From Candidatus Micrarchaeota archaeon (lineage in GTDB: Archaea; Micrarchaeota; Micrarchaeia; Anstonellales; Bilamarchaeaceae), in the NCBI GenBank assembly GCA_016926175.1, contig JAFGPA010000014.1, forward strand, positions 1 through 51,552: a stretch of 51,552 nucleotides of DNA, written 5' to 3'. The position numbers and the translations under genes were made by a program. The notes under the pieces are model-generated. The model did not search any database, was not told the DNA's origin, and saw nothing but the letters and a program-made list of their open reading frames with translations. Positions 8,322 through 18,644 of the stretch are shown piece after piece. How positions within the stretch are numbered: position 1 is the first letter of the stretch; each line of letters begins with the position of its first letter.

Positions 8322-10151
8322 ATGGCAAAAAAGAAAAGATCAGAAATCACAAACATATTCCTTAATGGCAGGCAGGTTGGCAGCCATCCTGATGGCAGGA
8401 GCCTTGCAAAGCGTCTTCGTGAAAGAAGAAGGATGAATGAACTTTCAAGCCAGGTAAACATATATTATAACCTCCGGCTTAACGAACTTCATATTCTTAC
8501 AGACAAAGGGCGTGTAAGAAGGCCCTATGTGGTAGTTGAAGACGGCAAATCAAGACTTGCCCCCGGCGTTCTTGCAAGAATCAAAAACAACGAGCTTTCA
8601 TGGCATCATCTTGTCAAAATGGGGATAATAGAATATCTTGATGCGCAGGAAGAGGAAAATGCACTGATAGCTCTTGATGAGGAATCGCTGACTTCAGAGC
8701 ACACCCATCTTGAAGTTGATCCTGCCAATATTTTTGGCGTTGTTGCAGGGGTTCTTCCATATCCTGAGCACAATTCCTCTCCAAGAATTACGATGGCATG
8801 CGCCATGGCCAAGCAGTCCCTTGGCATATATTCAACAAACTTTGGCCAGAGGTATGACACCCGCGGGTATGTAATGTACTACCCCCAGGAACCAATGGTA
8901 CAGACCAGGCTGTACAAGGCCCTGAACCTTAAGGAAAAATCCGCAGGCCAGAACTGCATTGTTGCGCTTACAAGCTATCATGGATACAACATGGCAGATG
9001 CAATTGTTGTGAACCGGTCTGCAATCGACCGGGGCCTTCACAGGATTGCAATGTTCAAGACCTACGAAACTGAGGAAAGGATGTACCCTGGCGGCCAGAA
9101 AGACATTATAGAACTGCCTACCCCGGAAGTTGTGGGCTACAGGGGCGAAGAATCATACAAGAACCTTGCAGAAGACGGCATTATAATGCCTGAAAGCGAT
9201 GTTTATGGAAAGGAAGTTCTTGTGGGAAAGACATCCCCCCCGAGATTCCTTGAGGAAATATCTGTTTTCGGAACAGTTGAAGAGAAAAAAAGGGAAAGTT
9301 CTCTTTCTCTGAAAACCGGAGAAAAGGGAAAAGTGGATTCTGTTCTTATCACGGAAGGGCCAAGCGGAAACCGGCTGGTGAAAGTGCGTGTAAGGTCCAT
9401 CAAGGTTCCTGAAATCGGGGACAAGCTTGCGTCCAGACATGGACAAAAAGGTGTTATTGGACTGAAAGTATCACAGGAAGACATGCCGTTTACAAGCAAA
9501 GGCATAACCCCTGATCTTGTTGTCAATCCGCATGCCATACCATCACGTATGACTGCAGGGCATCTGCTGGAAACGCTGGGCGGAAAGGCAGGTGCAATAG
9601 GCGGAATGCTGATGGACGCTACTGCATTCAGTGGAAATACTGAAGAGCAGTTCAAGGCAATACTCAAGAAAAACGGCTTCAATGAATTCGGAGAGGAAGT
9701 CCTCTACGATGGCATTACAGGAAGAATGATCAAATCAAAAATATTTATAGGAAATGTTTACTACCAAAGGCTTCATCATCTTGTTTCAAACAAAATGCAC
9801 GTAAGATCCCGCGGTCCTGTCCAGCTGCTTACGCACCAGCCAACTGAAGGCCGCGCAAGGGAAGGCGGACTCAGGTTCGGAGAGATGGAACGTGACTGCC
9901 TTATTGGTTACGGAGCCAGCATGCTTATCCGTGAAAGGCTTCTTGAAGAATCCGACAAAACAACCCTGCATGTCTGTATTGACAGCGGATGTGTTGCCAC
10001 TCCGGATTTCACACAGAACAAGAACTACTGCAAGCTTGGGCAGTCGGATGATTCCGAACCTGTTGAAATGAGCTATGCATTCAAGCTGCTTCTTGACGAG
10101 ATTCAATCTCTTTGCATATTCCCGAGGATAATCCTCAAGGACAAAAGTTAG
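8322..10151 (+). CDS. rpoB1: DNA-directed RNA polymerase subunit B' (C-terminal half of split B)
   Basis: 609 aa. SRHGQKGV, NPHAIPSRMT, GNVYYQRLHHLV, GGLRFGEMERDC motifs. Confidence 0.95.
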   Translation: MAKKKRSEITNIFLNGRQVGSHPDGRSLAKRLRERRRMNELSSQVNIYYNLRLNELHILTDKGRVRRPYVVVEDGKSRLAPGVLARIKNNELSWHHLVKMGIIEYLDAQEEENALIALDEESLTSEHTHLEVDPANIFGVVAGVLPYPEHNSSPRITMACAMAKQSLGIYSTNFGQRYDTRGYVMYYPQEPMVQTRLYKALNLKEKSAGQNCIVALTSYHGYNMADAIVVNRSAIDRGLHRIAMFKTYETEERMYPGGQKDIIELPTPEVVGYRGEESYKNLAEDGIIMPESDVYGKEVLVGKTSPPRFLEEISVFGTVEEKKRESSLSLKTGEKGKVDSVLITEGPSGNRLVKVRVRSIKVPEIGDKLASRHGQKGVIGLKVSQEDMPFTSKGITPDLVVNPHAIPSRMTAGHLLETLGGKAGAIGGMLMDATAFSGNTEEQFKAILKKNGFNEFGEEVLYDGITGRMIKSKIFIGNVYYQRLHHLVSNKMHVRSRGPVQLLTHQPTEGRAREGGLRFGEMERDCLIGYGASMLIRERLLEESDKTTLHVCIDSGCVATPDFTQNKNYCKLGQSDDSEPVEMSYAFKLLLDEIQSLCIFPRIILKDKS

Positions 10152-10160
10152 GTGATATTC

Positions 10161-12731
10161 ATGGCCGAAGTTCGTAAAATTATTGGACAACTGAAATTCT
10201 CTCTGTTCTCTCCAGAGATGATCCGGAAAATGTCTGTTGCCAAGGTGACAGTGCCGGATACATATGATGATGATGGCTATCCGATTGACGGAGGTCTTGT
10301 TGACCTCAGGCTTGGAGTTGTTGATCCGGGTCTCAGATGCAAAACTTGCGCAGGCACTGTGAAAAACTGTCCCGGCCATTTTGGCGTCATTGAACTTGTG
10401 CGTCCTGTTGTTCACGTTGAATTTGCAAAGCACCTTCTTTATGTCCTTAAAAATACCTGCCCGAGCTGCCACAAACTCCTGAAAAAAGGAGACATAAAGG
10501 ATGTTGAGGTGGAAGCTGAAGAGAAATCCGAGCCGGATAAAAAAGATGCTGCCAAGGCAGAGGCAGCGGTCGAAACCGTTGAAAGAAAGAAAAAGAAAGT
10601 AAGCAAGGCATGCGTCCACTGCAATGCAGAGATTCCTGAAATCAAGCTCATCAAGCCAACCACATTCATGAAAGAAAAGGATATGCTGCTTCCGAATGAC
10701 CTGAGGGACTGGCTGGCAGGAATTTCTGATGCTGATCTCCGCGAACTCAGCTTTGATCCATTGTATACAAGACCGGAATGGATGATCATTACTGCATTGC
10801 CTGTTCCTCCGGTCAATGTGAGGCCTTCCATTACCCTTGAAACAGGTGAAAGGTCAGAAGACGACCTTACGCACAAGCTGGTTGATGTCATCAGGATCAA
10901 CCAGAAGCTCGAGGCAAATATAAACGCAGGCGCACCCCAGCTTATCATTGAAGACCTTTGGGAACTTCTTCAGTATCATGTTACAACCTATCTCGATAAT
11001 GAAACTGCAAACATACCTCCGGCAAGGCACAGATCCGGAAGGCCACTGAAAACCCTGGCACAGAGGCTGAAAGGAAAGGAAGGGCGTTTCAGATACAACC
11101 TTTCAGGAAAGCGTGTCAATTTCTCTGCCAGAACTGTGATATCCCCTGATCCAAGGCTCAGGCTTGACGAGGTCGGAGTTCCCCAGTCAATTGCAAGGGA
11201 GCTTACAATTCCGCTGAATGTTACCGAATGGAATGTTGACTACTGCAAAACTCTCATACTATCGCCGGACTATCCAAGGGCGGTATATATACTCAGGGCA
11301 GACGGAAGAAGAATAAAGGTCGGCGACACCGATGAAATGAGAAAAGAGCAGGCCGAAGCCCTGAAAGTAGGATCCGTAATAGAGAGGCAGATAATTAACG
11401 GCGATATTGCATTGTTCAACAGGCAGCCATCCCTTCACAGGATCTCAATGATGGCACATGAGGTAAGGGTGATGCCGGGAAAGACATTCAGGCTCAATCC
11501 GGTTACTGTTTCACCATACAACGCAGACTTTGATGGAGACGAAATGAACCTGCACATAATGCAGACCGAGGAGGCGCAGGCTGAAGCAAGATATCTTGCA
11601 AAAGTTGAAAAGCAGCTTCTTTCACCAAGACACGGCCATGCAATAATCAAGCCGCAGGAAGACCATGTTTCAGGGCTTTATTTCCTTACCCATGATGATA
11701 CCACATTCTCAAGGGACGAGGCGTCAAACCTGCTTTATCTTGTCGGCATAAACGAGCTTCCAAAGTCAGATGTCAAAGGAGGGAGATATTCAGGAAAGAA
11801 TCTCTTCTCACAGCTCCTTCCTGACGATACCAATCTCAGGGTGATTTCAAAGCTTGGAGATGAAATAATAATAAAGAACGGCGTTCTCCAGAAAGGCGCT
11901 ATTGAAAGCAAGGCAATGGAAGGGGAACTTCTTGAAAGAATGTTCATTGTCCATGGACCGGAATACACAAGAAATTTCATAGACAGCGCAACAAAAATAG
12001 CGCTTGAGGCGCTTTCCTATCACGGCCTCAGCGTATCTCTCAATGATTATACAATATCGCCGAAAGGTGTTGAAAAGATCAACGAAATTGTCGGAAAAAT
12101 GAACCGGGAAATTGACAATCTTATAATGCAATATAAGAACAAGTCGCTTGAGAGATCTCCTGGAATGACACTGCAGGAAACCCTTGAAGGTCTTATCATG
12201 GAAACGACAACAAAGACAAGAATCGACGTCGGTAAGATAGTTGAAAGCGACCTTGGGAAGGACAATCCATCAGTTATCATGGCCAAGATCGGAGCAAGAG
12301 GATCACTGCTTAATGCAATTCAGATGTCAGCACTTGTTGCACAGCAGACTGTAAGGTCAAAGAGGCTTGCAAGAGGCTATAAGGGAAGGCTTCTGCCCTA
12401 TTTCAAAAGAGGGACTCTTACAGGCGCAGAAAAAGGATTTGTTTATTCATCATTCCAGAAAGGGCTTACGCCATACGAGTTCCTTGAGCACTCCATGGGC
12501 GGAAGGGAAGCCCTGGTCAATACTGCCATCAGGACTGCCCGTTCAGGTTACATGCAGAGGAGGCTGATAAATGCACTGCAGGACCTTGTTGTCTACGATG
12601 ACATGTCTGTCAGGAATGCCGACATGAGTGTGGTACAGTTTATTTACGGCGGTGACGGCAAGGACCCGATGTTCTCATCAACAACTGCAGCAGTTGAGGG
12701 AACAAAACAGGATGATGTTGATACTGCATAG
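10161..12731 (+). CDS. rpoA1: DNA-directed RNA polymerase subunit A'
   Basis: CKTCAGT..CPGHFG zinc motif, RPEWMI, NADFDGDEMN catalytic loop. ATG at 10161; the ORF track starts at a GTG at 10152. Confidence 0.95.
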   Translation: MAEVRKIIGQLKFSLFSPEMIRKMSVAKVTVPDTYDDDGYPIDGGLVDLRLGVVDPGLRCKTCAGTVKNCPGHFGVIELVRPVVHVEFAKHLLYVLKNTCPSCHKLLKKGDIKDVEVEAEEKSEPDKKDAAKAEAAVETVERKKKKVSKACVHCNAEIPEIKLIKPTTFMKEKDMLLPNDLRDWLAGISDADLRELSFDPLYTRPEWMIITALPVPPVNVRPSITLETGERSEDDLTHKLVDVIRINQKLEANINAGAPQLIIEDLWELLQYHVTTYLDNETANIPPARHRSGRPLKTLAQRLKGKEGRFRYNLSGKRVNFSARTVISPDPRLRLDEVGVPQSIARELTIPLNVTEWNVDYCKTLILSPDYPRAVYILRADGRRIKVGDTDEMRKEQAEALKVGSVIERQIINGDIALFNRQPSLHRISMMAHEVRVMPGKTFRLNPVTVSPYNADFDGDEMNLHIMQTEEAQAEARYLAKVEKQLLSPRHGHAIIKPQEDHVSGLYFLTHDDTTFSRDEASNLLYLVGINELPKSDVKGGRYSGKNLFSQLLPDDTNLRVISKLGDEIIIKNGVLQKGAIESKAMEGELLERMFIVHGPEYTRNFIDSATKIALEALSYHGLSVSLNDYTISPKGVEKINEIVGKMNREIDNLIMQYKNKSLERSPGMTLQETLEGLIMETTTKTRIDVGKIVESDLGKDNPSVIMAKIGARGSLLNAIQMSALVAQQTVRSKRLARGYKGRLLPYFKRGTLTGAEKGFVYSSFQKGLTPYEFLEHSMGGREALVNTAIRTARSGYMQRRLINALQDLVVYDDMSVRNADMSVVQFIYGGDGKDPMFSSTTAAVEGTKQDDVDTA

Positions 12732-13751
<1,020 letters not shown>

Positions 13752-13763
13752 TGGTGAGCAGAA

Positions 13764-14174
13764 ATGGCAGAGGAAACAGAAGAAGCGGAAGAGACAACCG
13801 AAGAGAACGTTGAAGAAGAAAAAGCACCCAAGAAGAAAAAGTTTGTCAGAAGAAGAAAAACCAAAAAAGAAAGAGAGAATCCCCTGACAACTGCAGTGAG
13901 GCTTGCTGTTGAAAGCGGAAAGGTCGATTTCGGATCAAGAAAAGGAATCAAGACAAGCCTTCTTGGCGGAGCAAAACTTTTTGTCGTTGCATCAAATACT
14001 CCGGATGAAACAAAAGTCAAAGTAGAATATTATGCAAAGATTTCCAAAATTCCCGTAATCGTATTTCAGGGAAGTTCAATGGAACTCGGATCTGTCTGCG
14101 GTCGTCCGTTCCCGATAGCAGTTTTATCCATATTCGATGCTGGAGCTTCCAACATACTGGAACTGGTCAAATGA
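13764..14174 (+). CDS. rpl30e: Ribosomal protein L30e with an N-terminal acidic/basic extension of about 40 aa
   Basis: Core is VESGKVDFGSRKGIKTSLLGGAKLFVVASN...GSSMELGSVCGRPFPIAVLSI. Conserved operon position between rpoA'' and nusA. Confidence 0.85.
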   Translation: MAEETEEAEETTEENVEEEKAPKKKKFVRRRKTKKERENPLTTAVRLAVESGKVDFGSRKGIKTSLLGGAKLFVVASNTPDETKVKVEYYAKISKIPVIVFQGSSMELGSVCGRPFPIAVLSIFDAGASNILELVK

Positions 14175-14178
14175 TTTT

Positions 14179-14613
14179 ATGGTTGAACTGAACGAGGATG
14201 ACCTTAAGATTTTTTCAACTTTTGAAAAAATAACCCATGTGATGCCTACTGATTATGTCATATCCTCATCATCACTGGTTTTTCTTGTGAGCGAAGAAAC
14301 CCTGGGCAAGGCAATAGGAAAACAGGCTTCCAACATAGAGAAACTCAGGAAAATGTTCCGGAAGCGTGTTGTTATTGTTGCAGACAAGGAAACTCCCGAG
14401 GATTTCCTGAAAAGCTTTTTCGGCAATGTCCAGATACTTGACATTGAAGCAAGGAATGTCATGGGAGAAACGGCACTGATGATGACTGTTGATGAAAAAG
14501 ACAGGGGTATTGCAATAGGCCGTGACGGCGAAAGAATTAAGGCCGCAAAATCGCTTTTAAAGAAAAAATTCAATGCAACAGTACACGTAAAAACAAGAAA
14601 GTCCCCGGTGTAA
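14179..14613 (+). CDS. nusA: Archaeal NusA-like KH-domain transcription termination/antitermination factor
   Basis: About 144 aa from the ATG at 14179. KAIGKQASNIEKL and IAIGRDGERIKAAKSL (GxxG KH motifs). Operon position fits. Confidence 0.8.
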   Translation: MVELNEDDLKIFSTFEKITHVMPTDYVISSSSLVFLVSEETLGKAIGKQASNIEKLRKMFRKRVVIVADKETPEDFLKSFFGNVQILDIEARNVMGETALMMTVDEKDRGIAIGRDGERIKAAKSLLKKKFNATVHVKTRKSPV

Positions 14614-14615
14614 TC

Positions 14616-15305
14616 CTAGTTCCTGAGAAACCTGAATTTTCTCAAGTCTGTCAGCTCAAAGGTCACATCAATTGCCGATCCGGGCCTGATAGTGTCTGCA
14701 TTTTCAAAAACCTTCCAGACAACCCCTGCAACGTCTTCAGGCTGATAAGTTGCCGGCCTCTCAAACCGGGATGACCACATTTCTGTCTGGGTATCTGAAG
14801 GGCATACTGAAAATACTTTTATGTCTTTCAGTTCCATGGCCAATGATTCAGTGAATCCAATCACCCCGAATTTTGTTGCGCAGTATACTGCCATCTTCGG
14901 ATATCCGCTTTTCCCTGCACCTGACGCAATGTTTATTATGACGCCTTTTTTCATTTTTGGAATCGCAGCTTTTGTGAACATCATCAGGCCGCGCAGGTTT
15001 ATGTCCAGCATGTAATCAATTTCTTCAGCCGGACTGTCAGCGAATTCCCTGTATCCGAGCACGCCCGCATTGTTGACCAGGATATCAAAGCCATCAGCTT
15101 TTTCCATCAGCTCTTTTATCTGGCTGTCGTCTGATACATCACAGACAAAAGATTGAACATTCACTTTTTTCCCAAGTTCTTTTCTTGCAGTTTCAAGTGT
15201 TTTTGCGTTTCTTCCGATAATTATCAGATCAATACCGTTTTCCGCAAATTTCCTTGCTATGGCAAGTCCTATCCCCCGGCCTCCTCCTGTAATAAGCGCC
15301 TTCAT
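14616..15305 (-). CDS. Short-chain dehydrogenase/reductase (SDR) family oxidoreductase
   Basis: ALITGGGRGIGLAIA (TGxxxGxG), NNAG, YCATKFG (YxxxK). The ATG at 15305 overlaps the surE stop as ATGA. Confidence 0.85.
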   Translation of the reverse strand: MKALITGGGRGIGLAIARKFAENGIDLIIIGRNAKTLETARKELGKKVNVQSFVCDVSDDSQIKELMEKADGFDILVNNAGVLGYREFADSPAEEIDYMLDINLRGLMMFTKAAIPKMKKGVIINIASGAGKSGYPKMAVYCATKFGVIGFTESLAMELKDIKVFSVCPSDTQTEMWSSRFERPATYQPEDVAGVVWKVFENADTIRPGSAIDVTFELTDLRKFRFLRN

Positions 15306-16018
15306 CTGCTCACCCAAAGCGATATCTCGCTTATTGCTATCCTGTTTCTGACCATGACTTCGTGAAGATCAGTTTCTTCTTCAGGAGGGGTATGAATTCC
15401 GCTTGTCCAGAAATACGGCACATTGTTGGGATCGTGGCGTTTTTCAACAACCGTTCTGTAGTTTTTTCTCTGGAGCCTGTTCGTGTAAAATATTTCTGCA
15501 TCCAATGGGTTTTCAGGAAGATTGACATTGAAAAATTTGTCTGTGCCAAGCTTTGGCTTCAGTTCCTTCACCACCCTCAAAACAGCGTCTATAAGGTGCT
15601 GCTCATTTCCCCAGTTCTCATTTTTTCTCCAGTCATGGCCGGTTTTCTGCAATGAAAATGCTATTGAAGGTATCCCTTCAAGAGCCGCCATCCAGCAGGC
15701 GCCCACAGTTCCGGATCCTATTATCGGGCCAAGGCCGCAGTTGTTGCCCCAGTTGATCCCTGACAATATAAGATCCGGCTTTTCGAATTCTCCTGAAAAC
15801 AATGAAAAGACAATGCAGTCTGCCGGGGTGCCGTTCAGTGTGTAAAGGCCATTGCCGGCATCATGCACCCTGAGCGGCTTGTGCAATGTCAATGCCCGCG
15901 AAACAGCGCTTCTCTGCCTGTTTGGGACAATTGCATATGCTTTGCCGAGCTGCTTTGCCGCTTTAAGCAAAGCCCTTGCACCAAAAGAATCTCCGTCATC
16001 ATTGCTTATCAGTATCAT
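15302..16018 (-). CDS. surE: 5'/3'-nucleotidase SurE
   Basis: MILISNDDGDSFGARAL N-terminus, GTPADCV-like GTPADCIVF, GINWGNN. The ATG at 16018 overlaps the aspS stop as ATGA. Confidence 0.8.
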   Translation of the reverse strand: MILISNDDGDSFGARALLKAAKQLGKAYAIVPNRQRSAVSRALTLHKPLRVHDAGNGLYTLNGTPADCIVFSLFSGEFEKPDLILSGINWGNNCGLGPIIGSGTVGACWMAALEGIPSIAFSLQKTGHDWRKNENWGNEQHLIDAVLRVVKELKPKLGTDKFFNVNLPENPLDAEIFYTNRLQRKNYRTVVEKRHDPNNVPYFWTSGIHTPPEEETDLHEVMVRNRIAISEISLWVSR

Positions 16019-17295
16019 GGCATTAACCTTGTTCTGTCTCTGGGAAACATCATGCATTCCCTTATGTTTTCCTGGTTGCAGATCTTCATAACAAGCCTTT
16101 CCAGCCCGATTGACCAGCCTGAATGGGGAGGAGCGCCGGTCCTGAATGCCTTGATATAGAATTCAAAGCCTGCAGGATCAAGCCCTCTCTTTGCCAGTGC
16201 CTTTTCCAGGAGTGCAGGTATGTGTATACGTTTTGCGCCGCTGGAAATTTCCAGCCCCCTGTAAACAAGATCAAATGCATGGCAGATGTTTTCATCCTGT
16301 TCTGTTGGCATGGAATAAAATGCCCTTATCTCCGTGGGCCAGTCATATACGAGATACAGCTCGTCATTAAGGACTTCATCAAGTTTTTTCTCAGCTTCCC
16401 TTGTAAAGTCCCATCCGTGCTTCATCTCAAATCCGTTGCTGTTCAGTTTCCCAATGAGCTCTGTGTAAGTGTATCTTGGAATCTTTGCCGGAACAGTTAC
16501 CTCTTTTTTGAATGCCTCTGCAATTTCATTCCCCACTTCTTTCTTTACCCTTTTCAGAATGTGCAGGGTTGTCTGCTCAAGAATATCCATTGCTTCATTG
16601 TGGTCAGCAAATCCCATTTCAATGTCCATCTGGGTTATCTCATTCAGGTGCGAAGTGGTGTTGTGCTTTTCCGCCCTGAATACCGGCATTGTCATTGTTA
16701 CCCTGTCAAGCCCTCCGATCACTGCCATCTGCTTGTAAAGCTGGGGAGACTGGACAAGGTAAGCTTCATTTTCAAAATACCTGAGTTTGAAAACATCAGC
16801 CCCGCCTTCAGTGGCTGCCCCGGTAATTGCAGAAGGATGAATCTCAATAAATTCCAGCTCTTCAAGCTTTTCCCTGAATGCCCTTGCAGCAATTGATTTT
16901 GTTCTGAATATGAGCGAAATATCCTTTTTCCTCAGGTCAATATACCTGTAATCTATACGGGTATCGAGTTCTGAGGGCACAACTCCTGTGGGGTCTACCG
17001 GAAGCTTTATCTCAACGCTGTTGAGATGCTGATAGTCCTCTGCAGCAATCTCAATCCCCCCGTTCTTTTTTTCCCTTGCCGTTCCAGTAAATTCAACAAC
17101 ATCCTCCCTGTTAGGACTGACCCTGTCCATAAGCTCATCTGAAACATCCCCTTTTTTGAGAATTACCTGGACCACCCCTGTCAAATCCCTTACAAGCACG
17201 AATTTGAGCTTTCCCAAATCCCTGAAATCATGAACCCAGCCGGCTATTTTTACCTTTTCTCCGACTTTAATGTTCCTAATATAGCTTCTTTTCAT
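16015..17295 (-). CDS. aspS: Aspartyl-tRNA synthetase, archaeal type (discriminating status unknown)
   Basis: OB-fold N-terminus KVKIAGWVHDFRDLGKLKFVLVRD, FRAEKHNTTSHLNE, GAPPHSGWSIGLERL, FPRDRTRLMP. Start taken at MKRSY (17295). Confidence 0.88.
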   Translation of the reverse strand: MKRSYIRNIKVGEKVKIAGWVHDFRDLGKLKFVLVRDLTGVVQVILKKGDVSDELMDRVSPNREDVVEFTGTAREKKNGGIEIAAEDYQHLNSVEIKLPVDPTGVVPSELDTRIDYRYIDLRKKDISLIFRTKSIAARAFREKLEELEFIEIHPSAITGAATEGGADVFKLRYFENEAYLVQSPQLYKQMAVIGGLDRVTMTMPVFRAEKHNTTSHLNEITQMDIEMGFADHNEAMDILEQTTLHILKRVKKEVGNEIAEAFKKEVTVPAKIPRYTYTELIGKLNSNGFEMKHGWDFTREAEKKLDEVLNDELYLVYDWPTEIRAFYSMPTEQDENICHAFDLVYRGLEISSGAKRIHIPALLEKALAKRGLDPAGFEFYIKAFRTGAPPHSGWSIGLERLVMKICNQENIRECMMFPRDRTRLMP

Positions 17296-17367
17296 ATTTA
17301 CACTCTCAAAGATTAGCCTTTTTATTCTTATATTCATAAGTATATTATTAAAAATAGGAGATAACTC
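17296..17367. promoter_or_regulatory. A/T-rich divergent intergenic region (aspS operon to the left, membrane-paralog array to the right) with TATA-like boxes and a GGAG ribosome-binding site
   Basis: cctttttattcttatattcataagtatattattaaaaataGGAGataactcATG. The GGAG is at 17357-17360, 7 nt before the ATG at 17368. Confidence 0.35.
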
Positions 17368-18642
17368 ATGGACTTCCTCCTTCCGATACTCATCGCAATG
17401 CCCCCGGCCGCCTTGTCATTCATAGGCGTATCCCTAATGCTCAGCGTGTTTATTGTGGCATTTGCATACATGATCTCATATTTTATGCAAAATCCCCAGC
17501 TTACTGCACTTGCAAAAGAGGAGCTCGCAGCACTTTTTTTCTCGGTTTTCATTATCATGTTCTGGTTTACTTTTGACACTTTTCTAAATTCTATTACTCT
17601 TAATCTTGTGGCCGCGAGCCTGCCTTCGGAATGGCAGGGTTTTGCAGCTGGCGGGGGCCAGATTGGGGGCCTTGCATCAAATCACATTGACCTTGCAATT
17701 GCCAGCATTGAAATAATGATCTCAAAGCTCAAGGATGTATATATCGATCTTTATCTTTATGAAGCGCTTATCGGGTTCCTTTCCACCATCAGCTTCCCGC
17801 TGGGATCTCCGGTTCCAGGACTCAATGTCATATCTTTTTCACTGGCGCCGTTTGTAGGGCTTACCCTTCTGAGCAATGCCCACACAGTTGTTGTCGAATC
17901 AGTGGGGTATCTTATTACCCTGATATGGGCAAAGGAATTCTTCCTTTTATTTGCAAGGGATGCAGTTCCGCTCTTTCTTCTGCCTTTTGGGATAGCCCTG
18001 AGGGCATTCCCATTCCTCAGAAGGACAGGGTCAAGCATAATCGCTCTTTCATTTGCATTCTACTTTGTGTTTCCCTTTGCACTGATACTTTCAAACTACC
18101 TGATATTCGATATCTACAAGCCGGCAGATTTCACTTATAATCCTTCATCGGCAAGTTTCTTTGGATCCGAAGCGACAATAGATGGTGCAGAGGACACAGT
18201 CGAACAGTCAAAGGACCCGACCAGCCATCTGCTTGGGGAGTTTGAAGCTCCAAGCATTGTGGAGACTGCACAGGGCGAAAGCGATAGTGAATGCTATGGG
18301 AACTATCTTACAAGGTTCTTCTGCAGTGCCAAGCATCTTGCAAATACTGCAGTTGACGCAGTAACCGGATTCATCAGCACAATCTGGAATATCTGGAAAT
18401 TCATGATGGGCATGACAGGGGATTTCTTCTTTACCGGCTTCAATAATCCGCTTATGCCTCCAAGCACTTCTGCAGGCCTTTACTATTTCATCATCCGTGA
18501 GCTGACAATATTAAGCCCATTCATAATACTTGTAATGTTTACCACGGTTCTTGAAATAATCATAACAGTCACAATGTACAGGAACGTATCCCTGCTGATC
18601 GGCGGTGAAGCCGAAATAATAGGACTTACAAAGATCGTGTAG
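17368..18642 (+). CDS. Uncharacterised polytopic membrane protein, array paralog 1 (subtype A)
   Basis: 424 aa, multiple hydrophobic helices. Block A QNPQLTALAKEEL. Block B LRAFPFLRRTGSSIIALSFAFYFVFP (from 17998). C-terminus GGEAEIIGLTKIV. Confidence 0.8.
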   Translation: MDFLLPILIAMPPAALSFIGVSLMLSVFIVAFAYMISYFMQNPQLTALAKEELAALFFSVFIIMFWFTFDTFLNSITLNLVAASLPSEWQGFAAGGGQIGGLASNHIDLAIASIEIMISKLKDVYIDLYLYEALIGFLSTISFPLGSPVPGLNVISFSLAPFVGLTLLSNAHTVVVESVGYLITLIWAKEFFLLFARDAVPLFLLPFGIALRAFPFLRRTGSSIIALSFAFYFVFPFALILSNYLIFDIYKPADFTYNPSSASFFGSEATIDGAEDTVEQSKDPTSHLLGEFEAPSIVETAQGESDSECYGNYLTRFFCSAKHLANTAVDAVTGFISTIWNIWKFMMGMTGDFFFTGFNNPLMPPSTSAGLYYFIIRELTILSPFIILVMFTTVLEIIITVTMYRNVSLLIGGEAEIIGLTKIV

Positions 18643-18644
18643 CC

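Noticed and set aside
9786-10619. 277-aa minus-strand ORF across the rpoB'/rpoA' junction
   Set aside because: Antisense to two RNAP subunit genes, with no recognisable features.
16123-16896. 257-aa plus-strand ORF, and the nested 16469-16738 ORF
   Set aside because: Antisense to aspS, Cys/Phe-rich and implausible. The aspS motifs are clear on the minus strand.
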